Below, one piece after another: positions 56,955 through 64,000 of a DNA stretch of 64,000 nucleotides. Within the stretch, counting starts at the first letter, position 1. Every line of letters starts with the position of its first letter. This stretch comes from a virus. Its lineage: Duplodnaviria; Caudoviricetes. Both the position numbers and the translations under genes were made by a program. The notes beneath the pieces were generated by a model, which did no database searches, was not told the DNA's origin, and worked only from the letters and a program-made list of their open reading frames with translations. The stretch spans positions 23,298 to 87,297 of IMG/VR virus record IMGVR_UViG_3300037420_000470; one strand, 5' to 3'.

Positions 56955-57554
56955 CTATTCTTCATTATTTGCAAAGTAATCTTTTTCTAAACTATATGCA
57001 CCAAACTCTGTATATGGAACTTTTACAGCATCCGATTTTTTACCAAAAGCATCATATAACCCCACACCATGTCCCATGGCTTGCATTGCCGCATAATGTC
57101 CAAAATTTTCCGGCGTATGATCTATATCGCCCTCGCCTTCAGTATGTTTGCAGAGTATATCGAAAATTTCATTTATCGGTCTTCCGTAATGCCTTTCCAT
57201 TTCCATGCATAGCGTATTTGCAGCATGTATAGCAGATTTGTCTATTTCTTTTGGCATGATATCCATAATTTCAGCGCCAGATAAAATAGAGCTATTGCCT
57301 GTATCTTCAGCCTGATCGGCCCATGCTGATGCAAAAAAAGCTTTAGCCATAGCTTGCAAAATTTCTTGCTTTACTCTTTCCTTAATATGCTTAGAGATTG
57401 CAAGCTTTGCAGCATGCATGCTTTTTATTCCAGTTTTGCGCCACTTGTAACCATATCCTGTAGGAGAATAAATAACTTCTAACTCTTCCTTATTTCCGAA
57501 TGTTTGAACATGGATATAGTATCCTGATTTGTATTGAATCGTTTGCATTGTCAT
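56955..57554 (-). CDS. early hypothetical protein
   Basis: 199 aa; FGHYAAMQAMGHGVGLYD motif; CCAACAAAC leader. Confidence 0.7.
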   Translation of the reverse strand: MTMQTIQYKSGYYIHVQTFGNKEELEVIYSPTGYGYKWRKTGIKSMHAAKLAISKHIKERVKQEILQAMAKAFFASAWADQAEDTGNSSILSGAEIMDIMPKEIDKSAIHAANTLCMEMERHYGRPINEIFDILCKHTEGEGDIDHTPENFGHYAAMQAMGHGVGLYDAFGKKSDAVKVPYTEFGAYSLEKDYFANNEE

Positions 57555-57730
57555 GATGGTTTATCTTTCGTTTGTTGGGAAATGAAGTTATTAATTATTC
57601 TGGAAAATTTGTTTCAAGCCAATCGACACAATTTGCACGTTTCATCGATGAAAACATTATTTTGCCTGATGATATACAAACAATCTTGTATAGTGCTGCC
57701 ACTTTTGTAATTTTAAAGAGATTGCGCATA

Positions 57731-57991
57731 TTATCGCACTCCAGCTAATTGTTTAAGTTTATTTTGCAATTCAATTTTAGACATAATCACTGTTTTATTT
57801 TGCTGTATCCATTCCTGTACTTTTGGATTGTCTGCTATCTCTCCAAGTGCAAAAGAAGCATAAGCGGATTTTGGCACTCTATTCGAGAATTTCCAGGTTG
57901 TAGGCGTTACACTATCAACGCCAAAAGTAAAACCTGATTTATCAGCACCATTAATATATACAGTGCGAATAGTTGCCATGATCATATCCAC
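57731..57991 (-). CDS. early hypothetical protein
   Basis: 86 aa, RBS GGAG. Confidence 0.6.
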   Translation of the reverse strand: MDMIMATIRTVYINGADKSGFTFGVDSVTPTTWKFSNRVPKSAYASFALGEIADNPKVQEWIQQNKTVIMSKIELQNKLKQLAGVR

Positions 57992-58148
57992 TCCAATTTA
58001 TAACGATAACAATTCAACATGATGTATTTGTTTCTCTTTGATGGTTTATTACTTAAATGATTTGGAAAGATTGCCATTCTCTTCATTCCTAGTTTATCGG
58101 AATAAATCCTTATTTCCTCATCATGGAATTTATGAGCGTACACTGTAA

Positions 58149-58385
58149 TCATTTCCAATCCTTTGCATTTTCGTCATCAGTTAATGATTCTGTTTCAATT
58201 CCTGCCAATTGATGAAATGCTTTAACTTTGAACCATCGATAATATCCCATTCCTGATTCATCGCATATACGAATATCAGCACCATTATTCAAAGCTTCTT
58301 TGTCAATTGCATCGGCGGCTTTTTGGAAAGTTTTATACAGTTTGTTTCCGGCTTGCTTGTTTGTGTATATCCGATATCTAGACAT
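58149..58385 (-). CDS. early hypothetical protein
   Basis: 78 aa, RBS GAGGA. Confidence 0.6.
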   Translation of the reverse strand: MSRYRIYTNKQAGNKLYKTFQKAADAIDKEALNNGADIRICDESGMGYYRWFKVKAFHQLAGIETESLTDDENAKDWK

Positions 58386-58459
58386 GGCGCAACATCCTCT
58401 AAATGTAGTTTGTCAGAATAGGTCGGAAATTATAGGCTTTCCGGCTTGCCTATTGTTTG

Positions 58460-58633
58460 TTACTCGCCAGTCAATATAATTTCAATCTGTTTAAATTGTT
58501 CAGGTGTTATATTAATCCAATTAGTTGCGCCATGCTCAGATTGAATTTTAAGCCTGATAATTCCATTCTTATTTTCAGGAAATAAAGACAATGGACAAAC
58601 CTTATAAAATTGATCGGCAATGTATTTATTCAT
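58460..58633 (-). CDS. early hypothetical protein
   Basis: MNKYIADQ start; KIQSEHGATNWINITPEQF. Confidence 0.6.
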   Translation of the reverse strand: MNKYIADQFYKVCPLSLFPENKNGIIRLKIQSEHGATNWINITPEQFKQIEIILTGE

Positions 58634-58634
58634 T

Positions 58635-58850
58635 TTAAAATCCTCTCTTAATCCAGTATGGATCATATGCGAAAGGTACATCGAACCATAATTTACCATC
58701 GATGGCGCATTTAAAAATCGTTGCGTTGGATTCCTGTAACGGAAATTTATTTAATATTTCTTTTGTCTCTTCCGTTACAGGAAAATATAAATCAGATTCA
58801 TGGTTATCGGTCTGTATGTTTGCATTGGTCAAATCAGAATATAAAGTCAT
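58635..58850 (-). CDS. early hypothetical protein
   Basis: DNHESDLYFPVTEET...WFDVPFAYDPYW. Confidence 0.7.
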   Translation of the reverse strand: MTLYSDLTNANIQTDNHESDLYFPVTEETKEILNKFPLQESNATIFKCAIDGKLWFDVPFAYDPYWIKRGF

Positions 58851-58855
58851 TTTGT

Positions 58856-59284
58856 TTATTCCTCTTCGCTCAAGTATTCTTGAATGATAGCTGCAGCTTT
58901 TGCATTAACTTCGGAAAAGTTTATTCCTTGCTTTTTCCACACCTCCGTTATTTTGCGGAATGTATACTCGGTCGAGTCATGCAATGCTGCCAGTAAAGTT
59001 AGTTCCTTTCCTATTGCTAGCCAAGCTTTATCTAGCATCTTGCCTTTCTTGCCTGCTATGTTATTTCTAATGATTTGTTCTGCAAGAAGCATCGCACCAC
59101 ATCCAAAGGAACCATTCAAAATCCAGGTAATACGATTTACGGAACCTTCAACATCAGGTGCTTCCTCTTCTCTCCAGAATCCAAGCTTTGAACGTTTTTC
59201 AAGGAATTTATATTCTGATTTGAGTTCGCTGGATTCGTATTTATCAAGCGGTTTATCTGCAAGGATTTCGGACAGTGTATGCAT
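58856..59284 (-). CDS. early hypothetical protein
   Basis: 142 aa; own promoter. Confidence 0.7.
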   Translation of the reverse strand: MHTLSEILADKPLDKYESSELKSEYKFLEKRSKLGFWREEEAPDVEGSVNRITWILNGSFGCGAMLLAEQIIRNNIAGKKGKMLDKAWLAIGKELTLLAALHDSTEYTFRKITEVWKKQGINFSEVNAKAAAIIQEYLSEEE

Positions 59285-59374
59285 GGTATGCTCTTTTGGT
59301 TTGTTGGGAAGTTATGTCGTTATGTTTCCGACATGTTTTGTATTATGCTGGAATGCTTTGTAGCTTGTCAAGTG

Positions 59375-59794
59375 TTATTTACTTTTTGGCTCAAATCCAA
59401 AATAAACCTTATCACTTCCTTTCCAGATAAAACCAGATGGTTTATCAACTAAGTATGAACCTTTCCCGGCTTGAAAAAACTCTTCCGTTTTCCGCTTGTC
59501 TGTATCCCTATGTGTAGAGAATAAAATGCCGTCAACTAAATAGCAGAATTCCAGATTTTCGCGCTCTATTCTCTTTTGCTCAGCTCGCATCAATCCATAT
59601 ACAAAACCATGCATATAGACCGAGTAAACATGTTTTGGTTTTGTTTTCCCTACTTTGCGGTAAAGTTCGGAATAAATATTTTTCTTGTAATACTCGATTG
59701 CATCTTCTTGTGTCATCTTGCACAGTTTGACCATGTGGAAAACGTCGCTTACTCTAGTTTCCCATTGTCCCATATTTAAAATAGTATTTTTCAT
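59375..59794 (-). CDS. early hypothetical protein
   Basis: 139 aa. Confidence 0.65.
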   Translation of the reverse strand: MKNTILNMGQWETRVSDVFHMVKLCKMTQEDAIEYYKKNIYSELYRKVGKTKPKHVYSVYMHGFVYGLMRAEQKRIERENLEFCYLVDGILFSTHRDTDKRKTEEFFQAGKGSYLVDKPSGFIWKGSDKVYFGFEPKSK

Positions 59795-59842
59795 GTCGTC
59801 TACTTTCTGAATGTTTGGAATGTTTGCCGATGCTGGAAATGT

Positions 59843-60139
59843 TTACTCTTCAGTCACTATCCCGAAATATGCATATGTATCTTCGCCTGCATTCCTACAG
59901 AATGTTTTACGCTTGTCGCAATCTTCAAACAATTCATTAGCGGAATTATGCAAATCTTCAAAATCTTGCTCAGTCGCTTGTCCATCAGGTAAGTATCCAC
60001 TCCATGCATTGATCTCATCTTGCAAAGCTTCCAATACTTCACCATTCCGCATTTTGCCATTAATCGGCACTGCTAACACTTCGCCTCCGAATCCTTGAAA
60101 ATAATCAGGATAGCATGTGTCAAGATATTTAAGATGCAT
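59843..60139 (-). CDS. early hypothetical protein (acidic)
   Basis: 98 aa; CCAACAAAC leader, RBS AAAGGA. Confidence 0.7.
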   Translation of the reverse strand: MHLKYLDTCYPDYFQGFGGEVLAVPINGKMRNGEVLEALQDEINAWSGYLPDGQATEQDFEDLHNSANELFEDCDKRKTFCRNAGEDTYAYFGIVTEE

Positions 60140-60185
60140 TATAGGTTCCTTTCTTGTTTGTTGGAAATGTTATTGTAATTGAATT

Positions 60186-60203
60186 TTTCTCATTTGTGAG
60201 AAA
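60186..60203. promoter_or_regulatory. 18-bp palindrome (copy 5) in place of a -35 box
   Basis: TTTCTCATTTGTGAGAAA upstream of -10 TACAAT (60172-60177). Confidence 0.6.
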
Positions 60204-60205
60204 TT

Positions 60206-60403
60206 TTATTCATTGTCATTTGTGCCGATGTATTCTTGTATAACTTCGCCATCTTTATAGATTGTTACAGATTCACCTGCAAACCTTCCATATCTAGACT
60301 CAGATAATCGCTTGCATTCGCCATATTCTCTATCAGCATCAATCGGATTATTCCCTACCCATACAGTGCCGACATTAGACACCACTACTTCAAATTTTGA
60401 CAT
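60206..60403 (-). CDS. early hypothetical protein
   Basis: MSKFEVVVSNVGTV; own promoter. Confidence 0.65.
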   Translation of the reverse strand: MSKFEVVVSNVGTVWVGNNPIDADREYGECKRLSESRYGRFAGESVTIYKDGEVIQEYIGTNDNE

Positions 60404-60475
60404 GTTGTTGTTTTCCTTGTTTGTTGTTGACATTGCTACACTAGCAGAAAGTTCCAAGCCATGCAAGAAATATTT

Positions 60476-60703
60476 TCATGCTGCTATTTGTTGCAGTGTA
60501 GCATTTTCATATTTACCAGATGGAATCGAAACCATCCATACTGGCACTATTGAGCCGTTTATATAGAGCATGCGTTTATATGGCTTGCTTGCTCGCATTA
60601 CAGCAGCGGATTTATTAGCGAAATCGCGCGCCTGTTCGAATGATTTGAACTTCATTGTGTACACTGCACTTTTCTTTGGTCTATTCAAAATGTAAGTTGC
60701 CAT
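60476..60703 (-). CDS. early hypothetical protein
   Basis: MATYILNRP; RBS AAAGGA. Confidence 0.6.
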   Translation of the reverse strand: MATYILNRPKKSAVYTMKFKSFEQARDFANKSAAVMRASKPYKRMLYINGSIVPVWMVSIPSGKYENATLQQIAA

Positions 60704-61161
60704 ATGCTTGTTTCCTTTCTGTAAAGTTTGCGAACAATGCAATGCTAGACAAGATAGCAAAAAGCAATATTGCGATACATCAAACAATTGCTAAAGATTA
60801 ATCTTAATTTGTCTAGTTTGTCAATAGTTTTAGTTATGAATAACTTTAGTTATGACTGGCGCCAGCATAAAAAGTTCCAAAAATTTTTTAAAAATGTATT
60901 GCTTTTCTTTCTAGCTTTTTATATACTGGTTTTGTATCTTCAGCAATGCGTAAAAGCTTGAAATCCTGGAAGACTAATCCATCCCTGCCTGCTATTTTCA
61001 ATTGGCATGCTAATTGCTACGGCAAGAAACATTCCAGCAAATAGCGCCATTCTTCCCGGCTTACCTTTCTTGCAAAATTAGCTTGCATTCCTGATTCATT
61101 CCGCTACAATTCGAAACATGCTGCATGTCGGCAGTGCGGTTCTATTGTCTAATGACTTCTC

Positions 61162-61218
61162 TGTGGACAACTGGCTTGCAGAATATGTATTGTGGATAAC
61201 TTGCCTTACTTATCCACA
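61162..61218. promoter_or_regulatory. DnaA-box cluster B
   Basis: TGTGGACAA at 61162 (one mismatch), TGTGGATAA at 61191, TTATCCACA at 61210. Confidence 0.7.
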
Positions 61219-61610
61219 GAATATGCCTAAAATTTGTGCAAGTGTAGCGGAAACACAACGTTTCTGTGGCTTTTTGCGCCCATATTCCGGCAAAAACCGG
61301 GAAAACTGCAGGAAACAAGCGGAAATTGCCTAATTTTTGAGCAGTTGCCGCCAAGAAACTCGATTTCTTGCAATTTTGACAACATTCCAGCCCGTTTCCG
61401 CACTGCAACATGCGCGGAAAGAGGGAGGCGATTGCTAAGAAGGAGTAAAATTTTTCGGGTCGAATTTGCCAACACGATTTTGAAAACTAAAATTGACTTT
61501 TTCAAAGTTCCGTGGCTACGCTAGGGGCGCTACAAGGCATTTAAATCACTTACCCCCCATACCACCTTAGCCAGAACAATTTAAGCGCCTTGTAGAGTGC
61601 TATATACGTG

Positions 61611-61829
61611 TTAGACAAGGGTTATAGGTTTTTTCGGAAATAAGATTAACGAGCGTATAGGGAAGTCTATCTCTTCATCAAACGTCATCTTAAAACCATT
61701 AACTACAACAGCACCATTCTGTAACCAACGTTTCAATTCTCCGTTGCTTGCTAACCCAATCTTAGCTCCTTCTCTAGTTTGGAATTGGCACACTTCATGT
61801 AGTTGTCTAAGGAACTGTAGACCAGTCAT
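61611..61829 (-). CDS. small S4-like domain protein
   Basis: ASNGELKRWLQNGAVVVNG resembles the S4 motif. Confidence 0.55.
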   Translation of the reverse strand: MTGLQFLRQLHEVCQFQTREGAKIGLASNGELKRWLQNGAVVVNGFKMTFDEEIDFPIRSLILFPKKPITLV

Positions 61830-62121
61830 GTTCTCTCCTTGGCATAGCGTCTGTTAAAATCCAGTTTGGTTGATCGTCAATCCAAACACTAGGATAATAA
61901 CCTAGCTCAGTGACGAAATCAAACTTAGCTTTACGATCAGTGAAGATAATTCTACTCACCTTGTCACCTAAGTCTCTCACAACTTCCTTACCTTCACATT
62001 CTGCCCTCATTGTAACGCAGATTACAATATGTCCTCTACATTGTGCAGCATGAATAAAGTAACTCCACAACTCAGGATCACGAGTGTACGTATCATCGTA
62101 ATCAATCGCTATTAACATCAA
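61807..62121 (-). CDS. HAD-family phosphatase-like protein
   Basis: IAIDYDDTY, VTMR, AK, WIDDQP. Confidence 0.75.
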   Translation of the reverse strand: MMLIAIDYDDTYTRDPELWSYFIHAAQCRGHIVICVTMRAECEGKEVVRDLGDKVSRIIFTDRKAKFDFVTELGYYPSVWIDDQPNWILTDAMPRREHDWSTVP

Positions 62122-62314
62122 TCACTCCCCTATATAGTTGATCATTGTATACCCACTCAGCTAAACGCTTTGCATAACGCTCTAGCCTAGTTATTTCACT
62201 CTCAGCTTGTTCCATTGTAGTACAATCGCACAACACAATGAAATCACTACTATCTGGTCTGGAATACCCAACATAATATCCATGAGAGTGAGCAATATAG
62301 CTGTATGTTGGCAT
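62102..62314 (-). CDS. hypothetical protein
   Basis: MPTYSY start, within track ORF 62102-62446. Confidence 0.55.
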   Translation of the reverse strand: MPTYSYIAHSHGYYVGYSRPDSSDFIVLCDCTTMEQAESEITRLERYAKRLAEWVYNDQLYRGVIDVNSD

Positions 62315-62456
62315 AAGAATTCCTTTCTTATTATACAGAAAAGCACACAGCTTATAAAATAGCTGTGTGCTAACCTTTGCTGAAGAAAATTTCAAAACCC
62401 TAAAATTCTGACAAGCTGACTTTGAAATTTTTCTGACTTTTTGCAATTGAAGGTTT

Positions 62457-62828
62457 TTAGACTTCCGCTAATTTGTCAGCACGTTCTTGTGCTGCTTTAT
62501 CAGAATACCCATTAGCATACCGCTTACCAAGTTTTTCAATATTTGCTACAAGGGTTTGCTCACGAGTGATGCCTAGATTCTGACGAATCTTTTCCATGTA
62601 GAATTCAAGATCACCTAATTCTTCAATAACATTTTCAAGGTCAATCGGCTTGTTATATACGACATACTTCTTAATTGCATCAAGCAATTCACCAGCTTCA
62701 CCAGATACGCCAGTTCCCATATGCCACAAATCAACACTTTGAGGCGTAAGAGAAGCAATAATATCTGCTCCTGGCTTTACCAATGCTGCCACCATTGCTG
62801 AGAATTCAATACCGTTATGTTCTATCAT
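62457..62828 (-). CDS. mazG: MazG-like nucleotide pyrophosphohydrolase
   Basis: GEAGELLDAIKK...EELGDLEFY...NIEKLGKRY. Confidence 0.85.
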   Translation of the reverse strand: MIEHNGIEFSAMVAALVKPGADIIASLTPQSVDLWHMGTGVSGEAGELLDAIKKYVVYNKPIDLENVIEELGDLEFYMEKIRQNLGITREQTLVANIEKLGKRYANGYSDKAAQERADKLAEV

Positions 62829-62831
62829 TTA

Positions 62832-63002
62832 TCACTCCTTAATCTCTTTCCACACAGGGTTTCCACTAGCTAAACAAGCATCAGCACCATCTGTACAACA
62901 TGATTTAACATCCCGATTGAAAGCACATTCTTTACAACCAGACAAGTCATCTGTTCTTGATACAAGCTGGTATGTTTTGTTATTCAGTTCAATTACTCTC
63001 AT
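62832..63002 (-). CDS. small Cys-rich protein
   Basis: MRVIELNNK...GCKECAF...CC...C. Confidence 0.6.
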   Translation of the reverse strand: MRVIELNNKTYQLVSRTDDLSGCKECAFNRDVKSCCTDGADACLASGNPVWKEIKE

Positions 63003-63141
63003 TGTTCTCCTTAAATTGTTTAATCTCCTGCTCAAGTTCCTTTATCCGCTTCTTGAGCAATTCATTTTGTTTCTTCAAATCGTTCCTGCTCTGCTTGAAC
63101 TTATCACGCTCTGTACGAGCTTTCTTCAGTTTTGTAGGCAT
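62989..63141 (-). CDS. 50-aa basic coiled-coil protein (not in ORF track)
   Basis: MPTKLKKARTERDKFKQ...LKKRIKELEQEIK. Confidence 0.5.
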   Translation of the reverse strand: MPTKLKKARTERDKFKQSRNDLKKQNELLKKRIKELEQEIKQFKENNESN

Positions 63142-63256
63142 ATGTTAAATCTAGGCTTAAAGCCCTCTAAAACCGTTTAAATTGAGTGGTTGGTAGGTTG
63201 GTATCAACCACCCTTAGAAAACGTCTTGTAGAGGCTATACGCAAGCCAGAACAGCC

Positions 63257-63547
63257 TTAATGCGTTACACTAGCTATCTGTGTCTCACCGTCTAACGACT
63301 TTATATATGAACCATTTGACACTGCTGATTTTGTTTCCAATATATCAATGTAGTTGTATTGCTCTGCTAATCGCTTGGCTTGTTGCTTGATTTCTTCTTT
63401 CAGTTTGATATTCTCTTCGTTTATGTTTCTGCCTTGTTCCCAAAGGGCTACAATAATTTCGTCAGCCAAATCTGGTGAATCTGTTTTCAAATTTTTCTTG
63501 CTTTGCTGGTAAAGTTGGTAAGCTTTCTTCCTCACATTTGAATCCAA
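63257..63547 (-). CDS. hypothetical coiled-coil protein
   Basis: 96 aa behind a TTGACG-N17-CATAAT promoter. Confidence 0.6.
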   Translation of the reverse strand: MDSNVRKKAYQLYQQSKKNLKTDSPDLADEIIVALWEQGRNINEENIKLKEEIKQQAKRLAEQYNYIDILETKSAVSNGSYIKSLDGETQIASVTH

Positions 63548-63715
63548 GAGCGCACTCCCTTGTTGTTAATTGAGTTGTCATTATGTATTAACAATTTATT
63601 CTCGTCAACATAAATTTACAAATTATTCGGAACTTTCCACACAGACTACAGTCGTGTAGCATAATTGTAACATAACAGTAATTCGGCAACCTATATAAAG
63701 AACCTTGTAAGGGAA

Positions 63716-63767
63716 ATTCTCATTCTTGAGAAATTTCTTGACAGCAATGGAAATATTCTGATAGAAT
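63716..63767 (+). promoter_or_regulatory. palindrome copy 6 plus rightward sigma70-like promoter
   Basis: ATTCTCATTCTTGAGAAA then TTGACA (63738)-N18-TAGAAT. Confidence 0.65.
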
Positions 63768-63862
63768 GTTCGTTATAATGGTTTTAGAGAGTATTGTAGA
63801 ACACCTACTAGTTTACCCTTTAAGTAGAAACTAATACAAACAAATAACAAACTTAAAACCTT

Positions 63863-64000
63863 TAGTATTCTTCTAGTATTCTTCTAGTATTCTTCTAGTA
63901 TTCTTCTAGTATTCTTCTAGTATTCTTCTAGTATTCTTCTAGTATTCTTCTAGTATTCTTCTAGTATTCTTCTAGTATTCTTCTAGTATTCTTCTAGTAT
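63863..64000. repeat. perfect 11-bp tandem array (TAGTATTCTTC) x12.5, cut by the window end
   Basis: read directly; stop codons in all six frames. Confidence 0.95.

Larger units (their letters stand above)
51780..60466 (-). promoter_or_regulatory. array of about 12 sigma70-like early promoters with CCAACAAAC leaders
   Basis: -35 hexamers at 51803, 52333, 52722, 53289, 54307, 54883, 56466, 56721, 57612, 59366, 60461 (TTGCAT, TTGACA, TTGCTT, TTGAAA), 17-18 bp spacers. Confidence 0.8.

Noticed and set aside
61118-61524. Four overlapping short ORFs
   Set aside because: Mutually overlapping on both strands without RBS; the region is better explained as non-coding control DNA.
63863-64000. CRISPR array
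   Set aside because: Contiguous 11-bp units with no spacers and no cas genes.

Overview
The window is a contiguous piece of an AT-rich (roughly 40% GC by eye) long-tailed dsDNA phage genome. A betaproteobacterial host is inferred from the cupin and lysis genes. Layout: 1-9.9 kb (+) nucleotide and DNA metabolism (5'-3' exonuclease, HNH, phosphoesterase, nrdB, nrdA, GIY-YIG, glutaredoxin). 10-40.5 kb (-) packaging, head, tail and lysis genes, including a terminase large subunit split by an ORF-less group I intron, three stand-alone receptor-binding proteins, a 1876-aa tape measure, tRNA-Thr and a cupin. 40.7-46 kb (+) Rha, PhoH, ClpP-like and phosphoesterase genes. 46.1-49.5 kb a serine-recombinase operon divergent from a DNA methyltransferase that carries a non-splicing LAGLIDADG domain. 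49.6-51.5 kb an origin-like region (hairpins, repeats, three DnaA boxes, HTH gene). 51.5-60.8 kb (-) an array of small early genes, each behind a repeated terminator-promoter-leader cassette. 61.2 kb a second DnaA-box cluster. 61.6-63.5 kb (-) a MazG/HAD operon. The window ends in an 11-bp tandem array. No DNA polymerase, helicase, integrase or CRISPR array was seen. The strongest unexplained signals are the MTase-LAGLIDADG chimaera, an 18-bp palindrome found at the main control points and also inside the intron, the two DnaA-box clusters bracketing the early cassette array, and a possible daisy-chain of tail-fibre proteins. All product calls come from motif recognition; no database search was run.
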